Notes: generated from the letters alone by a model not told the origin. A DNA stretch of 64,000 nucleotides from Candidatus Pampinifervens sinense (GCA_037927135.1 JAXSPP010000001.1:64001-128000); one strand, 5' to 3'; positions 29,568 to 40,290 are shown, counted from the stretch's first letter. Numbers and translations: made by a program.

Positions 29568-30794
29568 ATGGACTATGATGTGATCCTTTTGGGTGGAGGG
29601 CTTGCCTACACGGGCGCAGAGCTTTTGAGGAATGCGGGCCTAAAGGTGGCCATAGTAGAAAAGGACCCTTCCCACCTTGGTGGCGTTTGCCTCCATAAAG
29701 GCTGTGTTCCCACCAAGCTTTACCTCTTTGAGGCAAGAAAGGCCTATGACCTAAAAAACTCTTCCCTTCTCTCTGTAAAGGAAATCGCCTTTGACCTAAA
29801 AAGCTTAAAGGAAAAGAAGGAAAGGCTTACAAAAGCTTTAAGGGACCAAATAGATAGGCTTTTAAAGGGTGTGGACCTTATCTACGGCTACGGTGAGCTG
29901 GTGGAGCCCCATGTGGTAGAAGTGGAAGGAAAAAGGATAAGCGCCAAGCACATCATAATAAACACGGGAAAGTCCTATCCCTTGGAGCCAAACGGAGATC
30001 ACCTTTTGGAGCTGGAAGAAGTTCCAGAAGGTTTAAAGATAGCGGGTGATGACCCTCTTGCCCTTGAGTTTGCTTGCATGTTTGCCCTCATGAATTGTAA
30101 GGTGGAGCTTTACTTTGAAGAGGGAAGCCTTGACTTTATGCATCCCTCCATAAGGGGAAGGCTTTTAAAGATGCTTAAGGATATGAATATAAGCCTTATG
30201 CCTTTATCTGATGCACCAAAGGAAAAGGTCTATTGGATAAAAAGGAGGGTGCCAAACACTAAATGTATAAAGGTAGAAATATCCACGGATGACCTTGGCC
30301 ATATAGTTGTGGACAAAAACTATGAGACCTCTTTGAAGGACCACTATGCGGTGGGTGATGTAAATGGTATAGCGGAGCTTGCCCATGCCAGCAGGGTTCA
30401 AGCCCTCTCTGTGGCAAAAAGGATAATAAAGGGCCAGGGCTTTTTCACACCACCTTACAAAATCCCATACGTTCTATACACCCAGCCCCTATCTTACGCA
30501 AAGGTGGGCTTTACTAAAAAAGAACTTGAAAAGAAGGGAATAGGGTTTAGCGAAAAGAGCGTAAGCCTTAGGGCCTTTGCGGTAGGAAGTATATACCACA
30601 CGGAGGAAGGCATGGCCTTTTTGTACTTTGACAAGAAGGGCTTTTTGCTTGGTGCAGAAGTCTTCTCAAGGGATGCGGGGGAGGTTATAGGAAACCTTAC
30701 AGTTAGTCTTTTCTCCGAGCTGAACCTTGATATGCTTTCAAGGCTTTGCCTTCCACATCCAACCCTTGGAGAGGTGATTTTTATAAGATTATAA
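29568..30794 (+). CDS. lpdA: Dihydrolipoamide dehydrogenase E3-like flavoprotein, atypical NAD site
   Basis: GGVCLHKGCVPTK disulfide, YAVGD and HPTLGE; the second Rossmann motif is degenerate. Confidence 0.82.
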   Translation: MDYDVILLGGGLAYTGAELLRNAGLKVAIVEKDPSHLGGVCLHKGCVPTKLYLFEARKAYDLKNSSLLSVKEIAFDLKSLKEKKERLTKALRDQIDRLLKGVDLIYGYGELVEPHVVEVEGKRISAKHIIINTGKSYPLEPNGDHLLELEEVPEGLKIAGDDPLALEFACMFALMNCKVELYFEEGSLDFMHPSIRGRLLKMLKDMNISLMPLSDAPKEKVYWIKRRVPNTKCIKVEISTDDLGHIVVDKNYETSLKDHYAVGDVNGIAELAHASRVQALSVAKRIIKGQGFFTPPYKIPYVLYTQPLSYAKVGFTKKELEKKGIGFSEKSVSLRAFAVGSIYHTEEGMAFLYFDKKGFLLGAEVFSRDAGEVIGNLTVSLFSELNLDMLSRLCLPHPTLGEVIFIRL

Positions 30795-30805
30795 TTATTC
30801 TTAAG

Positions 30806-33010
30806 GTGAGAAAGGTTCTTTCCCTTACTATTACAGCCATTGGTCTTTTACTTTTGTTGGGATCCATATCTGTAGCCCTTCTCTCCGTAGGCCTACCATC
30901 GGTGGAAACCCTAAAGGACTGGAAGCCACCTGTGGCCACTGTGGTCTATGATGCCAAGGACAGGCCCTTTGGTGATGTAGCACTGCAAAGAAGGTATTAT
31001 GTAGAGCTAAAGGATATTCCCCTTCATGTAAGACAGGCCTTCATAGCTGCAGAGGACAAAAACTTTTACAAGCATCCAGGCATTGACCCTATAGCCATAC
31101 TGAGGGCCATAGTCGCCAACATAAGGCATGGAGAGCTAAAACAAGGTGCATCCACCATAACACAGCAGCTGGCAAGAAACCTCTTCCTCACACCAGACAG
31201 AAGCATAAAGAGAAAGATAAGGGAGGCTATTTTAGCTCTCAGGATTGAAAGGCATTTTACAAAGGACCAGATACTGGAGATGTACCTCAATTACATATAC
31301 TTGGGACAAGGTGCTTACGGTGTGGAGGCTGCCTCAAGGATATACTTTGGAAAGTCGGTAAAGGACCTAACTGTGGATGAGGCTGCCATCCTTGCCGGCC
31401 TTCCAAAGGCACCCACCAGGTATAACCCATTTAGAAACCCTGAAAAGGTCAAAGAAAGAAGGGACTATGTGCTTACACGTATGTATGAGGATGGATATTT
31501 AAGCGAAGAAGAATATAAAAGGCTGATTGAAAAGCCTATAAATGTAAAGCTTGAAAACAGATACTATGGAATGGATTACTTCCTTGACTTTGTAAAGGAA
31601 TATCTGATTGAAAAGTACGGTGAAGTGGTCCTTGCGGGCGGGTATAAGGTATATACCACCGTGGATAAGGACCTACAGGAACACGCAAGAAAGGCCCTAA
31701 GGAGAGGAATAGAAAGGGTTGCAAGGGCTAACGGTATACCCTTCTTGCCAGAGGATCCTTATGAGCTGGAAAGAAGGTATAAGGAGCAGACTGTAGAAGA
31801 AAAGCCAGGCAAGGTTTATATAGGCAAGGTTTTAAGCGTAGAAGGTGACAGGCTAGTGGTTGAACTAAAGGACAGACAGTATGAGGTGGATAGGTCAAGC
31901 CTTCCTGTAGAAAAGGGAGATTATGTGCTTGTAAGGTTTTACAAAAGTAAAAAAGGTCTAAAGGTGGAGGTGCTTCCAGACCTTCAAGGTGCCTTGGTAA
32001 GCCTTGATGTAAAAACTGGAGCCATAAGGGCAATGGTGGGAGGCTACTCCTATCTTAGAAGTACCTTCAACAGAGCCGTGTATGCCAAACGCCAGCCCGG
32101 TTCTGCCATAAAGCCCATCATATACCTTGCCGCACTTATGAAGGGCTATACCCAAGCCACTCTTATAGATGCTAGTCCAAGGAGCTTTTATGATCCTTCT
32201 ACTGGCAAGGAATGGACGCCAGACAATTACGAAGGTGCGGAGTATGGAAAGGTGACCCTAAGGACAGCCCTGGCCAAGAGTATAAACACGGCTACGGTGA
32301 ACCTCCTTGCAGATATAGGCTTTGATTTACCTATAGAGATAGGGAGGCTTTTGGGAATTGAGCTAAAGCCCTATTATTCTATGGCCCTTGGCAGTATTGA
32401 GGTCACACCCTTACAGCTCACCTCAGCCTATCAGGCCTTTGCTAATCTTGGTGTTTGGTGTAAGCCTTACTTTATAAGAAAGATAGTAGCTCCTGATGGG
32501 TCCATACTGGAGGAAAGCTCCCCTCAATGCCAGCAGGTCCTTCCACCTCAAGAGACGAGGGTTTTGGTTGATATGCTAAGGGCTGTGGTGCTAGAGGGCA
32601 CAGGTGTAGCCGCGAGCTCACTGCAAAGGATAGTGGCTGGAAAGACTGGCACCACAAACGATTATATGGACGCATGGTTTGTAGGCTTTTCTCCAGACAT
32701 TGTGGCTGGTGTCTGGGTGGGCTTTGATATAAAGAGGAGCATGGGTAAGGGTATGGCTGGAGCAAGGGTGGCCTTGCCCATATGGATAGACTACATGTCT
32801 GTAGCCAGCTACATGTATCCATATAGAGATTTTCCCATTCCCGATGGTGTAGTGGTGGTAAATTGTCCACAGCCTATGCTCTTTGTGGCGGGCACAGAAG
32901 GTGTGTGCAAAGGAGAGGAAGAACCCACTCAGAGCAATGAGCTGGAAGGTATAGTGGACCCTAAATACTTAAAAAGGGAAGAAGGGCCAAAGGTGAAGGA
33001 GGTTCCCTAA
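30806..33010 (+). CDS. mrcA: Penicillin-binding protein 1A
   Basis: Transglycosylase (AEDKNF..H.G, GASTITQQL, RKIRE) and transpeptidase (GSAIK, SIN, KTG); GTG start at 30806. Confidence 0.93.
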   Translation: MRKVLSLTITAIGLLLLLGSISVALLSVGLPSVETLKDWKPPVATVVYDAKDRPFGDVALQRRYYVELKDIPLHVRQAFIAAEDKNFYKHPGIDPIAILRAIVANIRHGELKQGASTITQQLARNLFLTPDRSIKRKIREAILALRIERHFTKDQILEMYLNYIYLGQGAYGVEAASRIYFGKSVKDLTVDEAAILAGLPKAPTRYNPFRNPEKVKERRDYVLTRMYEDGYLSEEEYKRLIEKPINVKLENRYYGMDYFLDFVKEYLIEKYGEVVLAGGYKVYTTVDKDLQEHARKALRRGIERVARANGIPFLPEDPYELERRYKEQTVEEKPGKVYIGKVLSVEGDRLVVELKDRQYEVDRSSLPVEKGDYVLVRFYKSKKGLKVEVLPDLQGALVSLDVKTGAIRAMVGGYSYLRSTFNRAVYAKRQPGSAIKPIIYLAALMKGYTQATLIDASPRSFYDPSTGKEWTPDNYEGAEYGKVTLRTALAKSINTATVNLLADIGFDLPIEIGRLLGIELKPYYSMALGSIEVTPLQLTSAYQAFANLGVWCKPYFIRKIVAPDGSILEESSPQCQQVLPPQETRVLVDMLRAVVLEGTGVAASSLQRIVAGKTGTTNDYMDAWFVGFSPDIVAGVWVGFDIKRSMGKGMAGARVALPIWIDYMSVASYMYPYRDFPIPDGVVVVNCPQPMLFVAGTEGVCKGEEEPTQSNELEGIVDPKYLKREEGPKVKEVP

Positions 33011-33585
33011 TGAGGGAATTACTCCTGGAGAGCACCTTTATTAGTATAGATGTGGAGGCCACAGGCTTTGACCCATCAAGAGCGGACATTATTGAAATAG
33101 CCTGTGTAAGGGTAGAAGGGGGTATAATCACAGATACGTTCTCTACCCTTGTAAACCCGGGCTACCTTTTGCCAAAAAGGATAACGGAGCTCACGGGCAT
33201 CACAAACGCCATGCTAGTAGGAAAGCCAAAGATAGAAGAGGTCCTTCCTAAGTTTTTAAAATTTATTGGAGACAGCATTTTGGTAGCCCATAGAGTAGAA
33301 AAGGACATAGCTTTTATTGACAAGTATTACAGAAGGCTTTATGGCAAGAGGTTTAGACCTCCCCATATATGCACGCTAAGCCTGGCCAAAAACGTGCTTC
33401 CAAACTTAAGAAGGTATTCTCTTAAGGACCTTGCAGACCAGTTTGGCATAGAGTACAAAAGGGTTCATAGGGCCATGGATGACGCCCAGATAACAGCTTT
33501 GGTATTCCTTGAGCTTCTAAAAATACTTTGGCACAGGCTTGGCATAGGAGACTACCTTGAGGTAAAAAGGCTTTCAAAGGGGTAG
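33010..33585 (+). CDS. DEDDh 3'-5' exonuclease (DnaQ/epsilon-like)
   Basis: IDVEATG, LTGI and HRAMDDA. Confidence 0.88.
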   Translation: MRELLLESTFISIDVEATGFDPSRADIIEIACVRVEGGIITDTFSTLVNPGYLLPKRITELTGITNAMLVGKPKIEEVLPKFLKFIGDSILVAHRVEKDIAFIDKYYRRLYGKRFRPPHICTLSLAKNVLPNLRRYSLKDLADQFGIEYKRVHRAMDDAQITALVFLELLKILWHRLGIGDYLEVKRLSKG

Positions 33586-34644
33586 TATGCTTTTAATCCT
33601 TTCCACAAGACTACCTCTTGTCTCCACTCCCTCATCCTTCAGTTCTTTTGCCAGCTTCTCCAAAAGACTTCTTAAGTTCCCGCTTACATTCTTTGGCACC
33701 TCTATGCGGAAGATTATTATGAGGTTGCCAGCACCGCTTGGTGTGGGAAAGCCCTTTCCCAGTATGGTCTTTGTGGATCCACATTCTGTACCCGGCTGGA
33801 CAAAAACCTCTATCTCCTCTCCACCAAGTCCTTTTACTCTAAGAGTGCCACCAAGCACGGCCATAGGGAAGGAGATGAACTTTTCCATGTATAGGTCCTT
33901 CCCAACCTTTCTAAAGACCTCATGAGGTTTTAAAACTACCCTCAAGTATAGGTCTCCCGGCTCACCACCCCTTTCTCCCATATGCCCAAAGCCAGGCACC
34001 TTTAAAACCTCACCTTCGTCCGTTCCGGGTGGTATGCTTACCCTCACTTTGCTCCTCTTTGCCACCCTTCCCCTTCCACCGCAGGTGGGACAAAGGTTCT
34101 TTATTATATAGCCCCTACCTTTACAAACAGAACAAGGCCTGGGAAAGTTAAATATACCGCTTACCCTCCTTCCAGTGCCTCCACAGGCGTGGCATGTGAT
34201 CCTTTCCATTTCTCCCCTGTAGCCCTTGCCTTCACAGTCTGGACAGTCTATCCACCTTTCATACTCTATCTCCTTCTCCGTTCCAAAGCCAGCCTCCTCA
34301 AGGGTCAATTCAAGCTTTAGCCTTATATCCTGGCCCCTCTTGGGCTTTGGTGCCCTCCTCATACCTTGCCATATGCTTTCAAGAAAGTCCTGAATATACT
34401 CCATAAAATCTCTGTATCTTTTTTCATCACCGCTCTGCAGTATGCGGTCATACTCTTGTCTTTTTTGTTCGTCTGAGAGAATGTGATAGGCCTCGTTTAT
34501 CTCTCTAAAGCGTTCTTTGGCCTGAGGGTCTGGGTTTATATCTGGGTGCCACTCTTTGGCAAGCCTTCTGTAGGCCTTTTTTATTTCTTCCTTTGTGGCA
34601 TTCCTGCTTACTCCAAGTATCTGGTAGTAGTCCTTTATGGGCAT
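33574..34644 (-). CDS. dnaJ: DnaJ chaperone
   Basis: J-domain HPD and four CxxCxGxG repeats; G/F region reduced. Confidence 0.92.
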   Translation of the reverse strand: MPIKDYYQILGVSRNATKEEIKKAYRRLAKEWHPDINPDPQAKERFREINEAYHILSDEQKRQEYDRILQSGDEKRYRDFMEYIQDFLESIWQGMRRAPKPKRGQDIRLKLELTLEEAGFGTEKEIEYERWIDCPDCEGKGYRGEMERITCHACGGTGRRVSGIFNFPRPCSVCKGRGYIIKNLCPTCGGRGRVAKRSKVRVSIPPGTDEGEVLKVPGFGHMGERGGEPGDLYLRVVLKPHEVFRKVGKDLYMEKFISFPMAVLGGTLRVKGLGGEEIEVFVQPGTECGSTKTILGKGFPTPSGAGNLIIIFRIEVPKNVSGNLRSLLEKLAKELKDEGVETRGSLVERIKSILPL

Positions 34645-34674
34645 GGAATAAAAGTATATGTTAAAATTAAAACC

Positions 34675-35514
34675 ATGCCATTCATAATCCTAATACTGCT
34701 TTTAATGCCCCTTATATCCACAGCAAAGGAGCTTTTACTTGCTTCTACCTATCCCATATACTACCCCTTGAAGTATATAGCGGGAGAGAGGTTTGAGGTG
34801 GATGTGCTAATAAAGGGCCAATCGGACCCACACCACTATGAATTAAAGCCGGGAGACATAAAAAGGATACAAAAGGCAAAGGCCTTTTTCTACCTTGGAG
34901 TGGAAAGCTGGGAGAAAAGGTTGGCAAACAGACTTCCTAAGGGAAAGGCCTATTCCCTTGAAAGAAATATAAGCTTTATAAAAGTAGGCAACAGCCTTGA
35001 CCCACACCTTTGGCTATCACCAAGGGCCTATGCTCAACTTGTGGAGAATATAAAAAAGGCTTTAATTAGCATTGACCCTTCTGGTGCGGAAGAATACAGG
35101 AAAAAGTCTGAGGAGTTTATAAAGAATCTGAGGACCCTTGACGAAGAGTATAAAAAAACACTCTCTAAGTGCCAAAGTAGGACAGTGGTCATCACCCATC
35201 TTTCTGTGCTCTACCTTGGAAGGGATTATGGCCTTGAGGTTATAGGCCTGAGGGGCTTGCATGCGGAAGAGGAGCCAAAGCCTTCGGAGATAAGGAATAT
35301 GGTGGAAAGGATAAAGAGGGCAAAAGTCAAAACACTCTTTCACGAGCTTGGTTATGATGAGGCCTTGGCAAAAAGGATAGCCCAAGAGGTGGGGGCCAAG
35401 ATAGTTCCCTTTAACACCTCTCTTTTCCCAGAAAAGGCGCAGGATGACTATTTTTCCATAATGAAAAGGAATTTGGAAAGGCTTTCTGAGGGTCTGAGTT
35501 GTCCGACAAGGTAA
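34675..35514 (+). CDS. Zn/Mn ABC transporter substrate-binding protein (ZnuA-like)
   Basis: [14 protein letters not shown] and TH motifs; start moved to 34675. Confidence 0.88.
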   Translation: MPFIILILLLMPLISTAKELLLASTYPIYYPLKYIAGERFEVDVLIKGQSDPHHYELKPGDIKRIQKAKAFFYLGVESWEKRLANRLPKGKAYSLERNISFIKVGNSLDPHLWLSPRAYAQLVENIKKALISIDPSGAEEYRKKSEEFIKNLRTLDEEYKKTLSKCQSRTVVITHLSVLYLGRDYGLEVIGLRGLHAEEEPKPSEIRNMVERIKRAKVKTLFHELGYDEALAKRIAQEVGAKIVPFNTSLFPEKAQDDYFSIMKRNLERLSEGLSCPTR

Positions 35515-36173
35515 TAGAGGTAATAAACCTTAGCTTTAGGTATAAGAGGGATGAGCCACTTATAGAGAATCTGAGCTTTGAAGTAAAAAGGGGAGAGTTC
35601 TTTGGTATCCTTGGCCCTAACGGTGCTGGTAAAAGCACACTCCTTAGGCTCATCCTTGGCTTTTTAAAACCACAAAGTGGTGAGATCAGACTCTTTGGCC
35701 AAAGGCTTGAGAGCTTTTCTCAATGGCAAAGGGTGGGCTATGTGCCCCAAAGGTTTGCGGTAGAGAGGGCCTTTACGGGCAACGTGGAAGAATTGCTCAG
35801 AGCTTCTGCTCCAAAGGAGAAGGTAGGCTGGATAATAGCTTTTTTACACCTTGAAAACGTGCTCAAAAGGCCCTTTACAAAGCTCTCTGGCGGAGAACAG
35901 CAGAAGGTCTTGCTTGCTATGGCCCTTGCCACAAACCCAGACCTAATACTATTGGATGAGCCAATGACAGGGCTGGATATACACGCCCAAGAGCACATAG
36001 AGTATGTGCTAAAAGAGATAGCTAAAGACAGGACAGTGGTAGTAGTCTCTCACGACATTGGCTTTGTTTTGAGAAATGCCACCCAAATTTTATGCCTTGG
36101 TATGCCATTCTGCAAAGTAATCAGGCCCCAAGAGTTTGAAAGTTTGATTAGAGAACTCTACCGGTTGCATTAA
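35499..36173 (+). CDS. Metal ABC transporter ATPase (ZnuC-like)
   Basis: GPNGAGKST, GYVPQ, LSGGE and LLDEP. Confidence 0.88.
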   Translation: MSDKVIEVINLSFRYKRDEPLIENLSFEVKRGEFFGILGPNGAGKSTLLRLILGFLKPQSGEIRLFGQRLESFSQWQRVGYVPQRFAVERAFTGNVEELLRASAPKEKVGWIIAFLHLENVLKRPFTKLSGGEQQKVLLAMALATNPDLILLDEPMTGLDIHAQEHIEYVLKEIAKDRTVVVVSHDIGFVLRNATQILCLGMPFCKVIRPQEFESLIRELYRLH

Positions 36174-36185
36174 AATATAATCTCC

Positions 36186-36602
36186 ATGATAAAGTTTTTA
36201 ATCCTTCTTTTCCTTATATTCTCCTGCCAGCCCTTGCCTAAGGATGTGCCTTTGGAAAAGTATAGGAACCAGTTTATAGAAGGGCAGGTACTTTTGGATG
36301 AGGGCCTAAAAGACAAGGTGCCCAAGGGCGACTACTTCCTTATAATCTCTGTAAGGGACTTGGAGAATCCTATGCCCATAGCGGTTCTAAGGGTGAAAAA
36401 TCCTAAGCTTCCTTACCACTTTAAGATAACTGGCAAGCACAAGCTAAGCCATGATAGGATAATGGAGGGTCAAGTGTTGCTAACAGCACGTATAAGCCCT
36501 TCCGATAAGGCGGAGGTTCAAAAGGGAGACCTTATGGGCTTTGCCAATACCCTGGTGGGAACAAGGGGTGTAAAGATAATAGTAAATACAGAGGTGAAGT
36601 GA
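36186..36602 (+). CDS. Lipoprotein resembling the CcmI/CycH C-terminal domain
   Basis: Lipobox LIFSC, MPIAVLR...LPY.F and ARIS....GDL.G. Confidence 0.6.
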   Translation: MIKFLILLFLIFSCQPLPKDVPLEKYRNQFIEGQVLLDEGLKDKVPKGDYFLIISVRDLENPMPIAVLRVKNPKLPYHFKITGKHKLSHDRIMEGQVLLTARISPSDKAEVQKGDLMGFANTLVGTRGVKIIVNTEVK

Positions 36603-37072
36603 TGGAGAGGTTGGTTAGATTCTTTGTGGAAAGAGGTAAGGCTATAGCTATACTTCCTGCTCTTAGCCTTTTTATAAGCGCCGTTTTCCTTGGCTTTTAC
36701 GGTGTTTACCTTTCCTTTGAAGCCATCTATAAGGTTTTTACAAGTCCAGAATATCTTGATACGGCTGTGCTTTCTACCAAGTTTATAGCCGTAATGGACA
36801 TACACCTACTTTCCGTTATCCTGTATATCTTTGCCGTAGGCCTCTATGAACTATTTGTGGGTAAGCTAAACGTGCCCGATTGGCTAAAGATTGAGAGCAT
36901 AGACCAGCTAAAAGCAAAACTGGCAAGTGTGGTCATTCTCATCCTTGCCATAACCTTCACCAAGAACGTGGTAAAGTGGAAAGAGCCTATGGAGACTCTC
37001 CTTTTTGGTGTGGCCATTGCTGTAGTGATAGGAGTGCTTATCTTTTATTATAAGGTGAAAGAAGAACACTGA
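36599..37072 (+). CDS. YqhA/UPF0114 membrane protein
   Basis: Four TM segments, GLYELFV and WL.I.S.DQLK.KL. Confidence 0.85.
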   Translation: MMERLVRFFVERGKAIAILPALSLFISAVFLGFYGVYLSFEAIYKVFTSPEYLDTAVLSTKFIAVMDIHLLSVILYIFAVGLYELFVGKLNVPDWLKIESIDQLKAKLASVVILILAITFTKNVVKWKEPMETLLFGVAIAVVIGVLIFYYKVKEEH

Positions 37073-38580
37073 TGGAAAGGAGCTTAAACCTAAGAGAGCT
37101 TACCATAATAAACGAAGTGGCCAAGATCTTGAGTAAAGGCTTTGAGTTTACTAAAAGCTTGGAAGAGCTTTTGAAGGTCCTATACTCCTTTTGGGATGTG
37201 AGGTATAGCTATGTGGCCCTATATTCGCCAGAGATAAAAGCCCTCAAGATAGTTAAAGCCTTTGGGCTAACGGAGGAGGAGGTAGAGAGGGGCATTTTTA
37301 GAAAGGGTGAGGGAGTGGTAGGAAAGGTCTATAAGGATGGTGTGCCCGTATTCCTTTCCGATATAAGGGTAAATGCCTACCTTAACAAAACGGGCTTGAG
37401 GGAAAGGCTTGAGGGTAATATGAGCTTTGTGGCTGTGCCTATTAGGTTGGGTGGGGAGCCCTTAGGTGTGCTTGCAGTGTTCAAAGACTTTGGCGAAGAG
37501 AGTGTAGAAAGGGGTGTGGAGCTTCTTATGATAGTGGGGACTATGATAGGTATGCTGTATAAGTTGGATGAGAAGATGAACCAAGAAAGGCAAGAGTGGG
37601 AGGAGGAAAGGAGACTCTTAACAAAGGCTTTGAGCGAAAGGTATAATGTGGAGGGCATAGTTGGTAAAAGCCTTGCCATAAGGAAGCTTCTTGACCTTAT
37701 AGAGAGGGTGGCGCAAACGGATGTTAACGTGCTTATCACAGGCGAGAGCGGAACGGGCAAAAGCCTTGTGGCAAAGGCCATACACTTTATGAGCAAAAGA
37801 AAGGAAAAGCCCTTTATAACCATAAACTGTAGCGCCATACCGGAGACCCTCCTTGAGGCAGAGCTCTTTGGCTATGAGAAGGGGTCCTTTACGGGAGCTT
37901 ACACTTCAAAGAAGGGCAAGTTTGAGCTGGCAAACGGTGGAACCATTTTCTTGGATGAGATAGGGGATATGCCCCTTTCCATACAGCCCAAAATACTCAG
38001 GGTAATACAGGACAAGGAGATAGAGCGGCTTGGAAGTGAAAAGACCATAAAGGTGGATGTGCGCATCATATCTGCAACAAACAAGGATTTGAGGGAGCTT
38101 GTATCTCAAGGACTATTCAGAGAGGACCTCTACTACAGGCTCAACGTGCTTCCCATACATATACCACCCCTCAGGGAAAGAAAGGAGGATATTCCTGTGC
38201 TTGTGGACCACTTCCTTGAGATATTCAACCAGAGGTATAACAAGAGGGTAAGGATCCATCCGAGGGTGATGGAGATCTTCATGGAGTATCCATGGTATGG
38301 AAACGTTAGGGAGTTGGAAAACACCATAGAGAGGCTTGTTATCTTAAAGGATGGTTTGATAAAGGAATCGGATCTGCCCTCTTACTTTTTTGCCAAGTTT
38401 GAATCTTGGGAACAGAAGAACATTCCTCAAATGATTGAGAACACAGAAAGGGAGGCCATTATAAGGGCTCTTGAGAAGACAGGTTATGTGAAATCTAGAG
38501 CGGCAAGGCTTCTTGGATACACCCTAAGACAGCTTGACTATAGAATAAGAAAGTACAAGATTGAAATAAAGAGGTATTGA
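37072..38580 (+). CDS. GAF-AAA+-HTH sigma-54 activator (NifA-like)
   Basis: GAF domain, GESGTGK, ELFG.EKGSFTGA, FLDEIG, FREDLYYRL and Fis-type HTH. Confidence 0.93.
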   Translation: MERSLNLRELTIINEVAKILSKGFEFTKSLEELLKVLYSFWDVRYSYVALYSPEIKALKIVKAFGLTEEEVERGIFRKGEGVVGKVYKDGVPVFLSDIRVNAYLNKTGLRERLEGNMSFVAVPIRLGGEPLGVLAVFKDFGEESVERGVELLMIVGTMIGMLYKLDEKMNQERQEWEEERRLLTKALSERYNVEGIVGKSLAIRKLLDLIERVAQTDVNVLITGESGTGKSLVAKAIHFMSKRKEKPFITINCSAIPETLLEAELFGYEKGSFTGAYTSKKGKFELANGGTIFLDEIGDMPLSIQPKILRVIQDKEIERLGSEKTIKVDVRIISATNKDLRELVSQGLFREDLYYRLNVLPIHIPPLRERKEDIPVLVDHFLEIFNQRYNKRVRIHPRVMEIFMEYPWYGNVRELENTIERLVILKDGLIKESDLPSYFFAKFESWEQKNIPQMIENTEREAIIRALEKTGYVKSRAARLLGYTLRQLDYRIRKYKIEIKRY

Positions 38581-38581
38581 G

Positions 38582-39274
38582 GTGAAGGTAAGGATAAAGA
38601 GAAACCCTCCCGGAAGGGAGGAGTTTGAGATAGATGTAGAAAAGGACACTACCCTCCTTGAGGTCCTATACAAGATAAAGGAAGTAGACCCCACCCTCTC
38701 CTTTAGAAGCATGTGTAGGGCTGGCATATGCGGGACTTGTGCAGTAAAGCTAAACGGAAAGCCTGTGCTTGCATGCTCCACAAGGATATCGCCTTCGGAG
38801 GAAGAGGTCTTTATAGAACCCATTGATGGCTTCAGAGTCATAAGGGATCTTGTGGTGGACCACGAAGAGATGTATCTAAAGTTAAAGAGGTCAAAGGCTT
38901 GGCTATGCCCCTCCGAATCAGATGTAAGAGTTGATGAGAGGATAAACCTTAAAAGCTCAAGGAGTTGGGAGTGCATCCTGTGTGGCATATGCGACAGCGT
39001 CTGTCCTGTGCTCTCCACATCTTCCCTTTTTGGAGGACCTCTAATCTTGACAAGACTTTATAAACATCTCATAGACCCAAGGAACGCAAGCCAAGAGGCC
39101 ACCATAAAAACTTTACACTCTCTCAAGCCAGACCTTTGCACCCATTGTATGAACTGCTCTTATGCATGTCCCAAAAGGCTCATGCCTGAAGGCCTCATAA
39201 GAGAGGAGGAGAACCTTCTGGTGGAAAAGGGGCTTTTGCAAAGACAAACAGGTTTTGACTTCTTGAGCTTTTGA
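38582..39274 (+). CDS. Fumarate reductase/succinate dehydrogenase Fe-S subunit
   Basis: FRSMCRAGICGTC, CILCGICDSVCP and CTHCMNCSYACP. Confidence 0.9.
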   Translation: MKVRIKRNPPGREEFEIDVEKDTTLLEVLYKIKEVDPTLSFRSMCRAGICGTCAVKLNGKPVLACSTRISPSEEEVFIEPIDGFRVIRDLVVDHEEMYLKLKRSKAWLCPSESDVRVDERINLKSSRSWECILCGICDSVCPVLSTSSLFGGPLILTRLYKHLIDPRNASQEATIKTLHSLKPDLCTHCMNCSYACPKRLMPEGLIREEENLLVEKGLLQRQTGFDFLSF

Positions 39275-39285
39275 AGGAGGAAAAC

Positions 39286-40290
39286 ATGAAAGAGTTTTTG
39301 GACCTTAAACTTTCAGACCTTGGAGTAGGCACATACCTTGGAGAACTTGACCAAAGGACCTCAGATGGCTACAAAGAGGTCATAAGGCTTGCCGTAAGGG
39401 AAGGGATAAATGTGATAGATACGGCCATAGTTTACAGGTATATGAAGAGTGAGAGGGATATAGGGGATGTGCTAAAAGAGATAGGAAGGGAAAGGGTAAT
39501 CCTTTCTACAAAGGGAGGATATATTCCCTACGATGTGGACTCTGGCGTGGACCCAAAGGACTACTTTTATGAGAACTTTGTAAACACAGGCATAGTAAAC
39601 CTCCAAGAGATGACGCCACAGGGTCATTACCTTTCGGCAAGGTTCATAAACTGGTGCTTGGAAAAGAGCCTAGAGAATATGAAGACTTCTTACATAGATG
39701 TGTATTTTCTTCACAATCCAGAGGAGCAGTTGAACTTTGTAAGCAGGGAAACATTTAACAGAAAGATAAGGGAGTGCTTTGAATACTTGGAAGAGGAGGT
39801 AAAAAGAGGTAGGATAAGATACTACGGCCTTGCCACCTGGTCTGGCTTTAGAGTGTCGCCAGCAAGCAGGCAATACCTTAACTTAAAAGAGCTTGTAAGC
39901 ATAGCAAAGGAGGTGGCTGGTGAGGACCACCACTTTAGGTTCATACAGCTCCCTTACAGCCTTGGCATGCCAGAGGCCTATACCCTTAAAAACCAAGAGG
40001 TAAATGGAGAAAAGCTTTCTACCATTGAGGCATGCCAGAGGCTTGGCCTTTATGTATATACGAGCGCCAGCATATACCAAGGTAGGGTGATAGGCAGGGT
40101 GCCAAGGGAGCTAAAGGAAAGGCTAAAGGTGGACAGCGATGTGCTGGCAAGCCTTCAGTTTGTGCTTAGCACGCCTGGTGTGGGCACAGCGCTTGTGGGT
40201 ATGAGTAAGGTAGATCATCTTAGAGAAAACCTAAGGATATTACACACTCCTAGGCTAAGTATTGAAGAGTTTATAAGCCTTTTTAAATAG
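39286..40290 (+). CDS. Aldo/keto reductase
   Basis: LGVGT, IDTAIVY, STKGG and DVYFLHNP; ATG 39286 follows AGGAGG. Confidence 0.88.
   Translation: MKEFLDLKLSDLGVGTYLGELDQRTSDGYKEVIRLAVREGINVIDTAIVYRYMKSERDIGDVLKEIGRERVILSTKGGYIPYDVDSGVDPKDYFYENFVNTGIVNLQEMTPQGHYLSARFINWCLEKSLENMKTSYIDVYFLHNPEEQLNFVSRETFNRKIRECFEYLEEEVKRGRIRYYGLATWSGFRVSPASRQYLNLKELVSIAKEVAGEDHHFRFIQLPYSLGMPEAYTLKNQEVNGEKLSTIEACQRLGLYVYTSASIYQGRVIGRVPRELKERLKVDSDVLASLQFVLSTPGVGTALVGMSKVDHLRENLRILHTPRLSIEEFISLFK

Noticed and set aside
37880-37900. GSFTGA instead of GAFTGA as a sign of an inactive activator
   Set aside because: A common variant; the critical F and T are retained.
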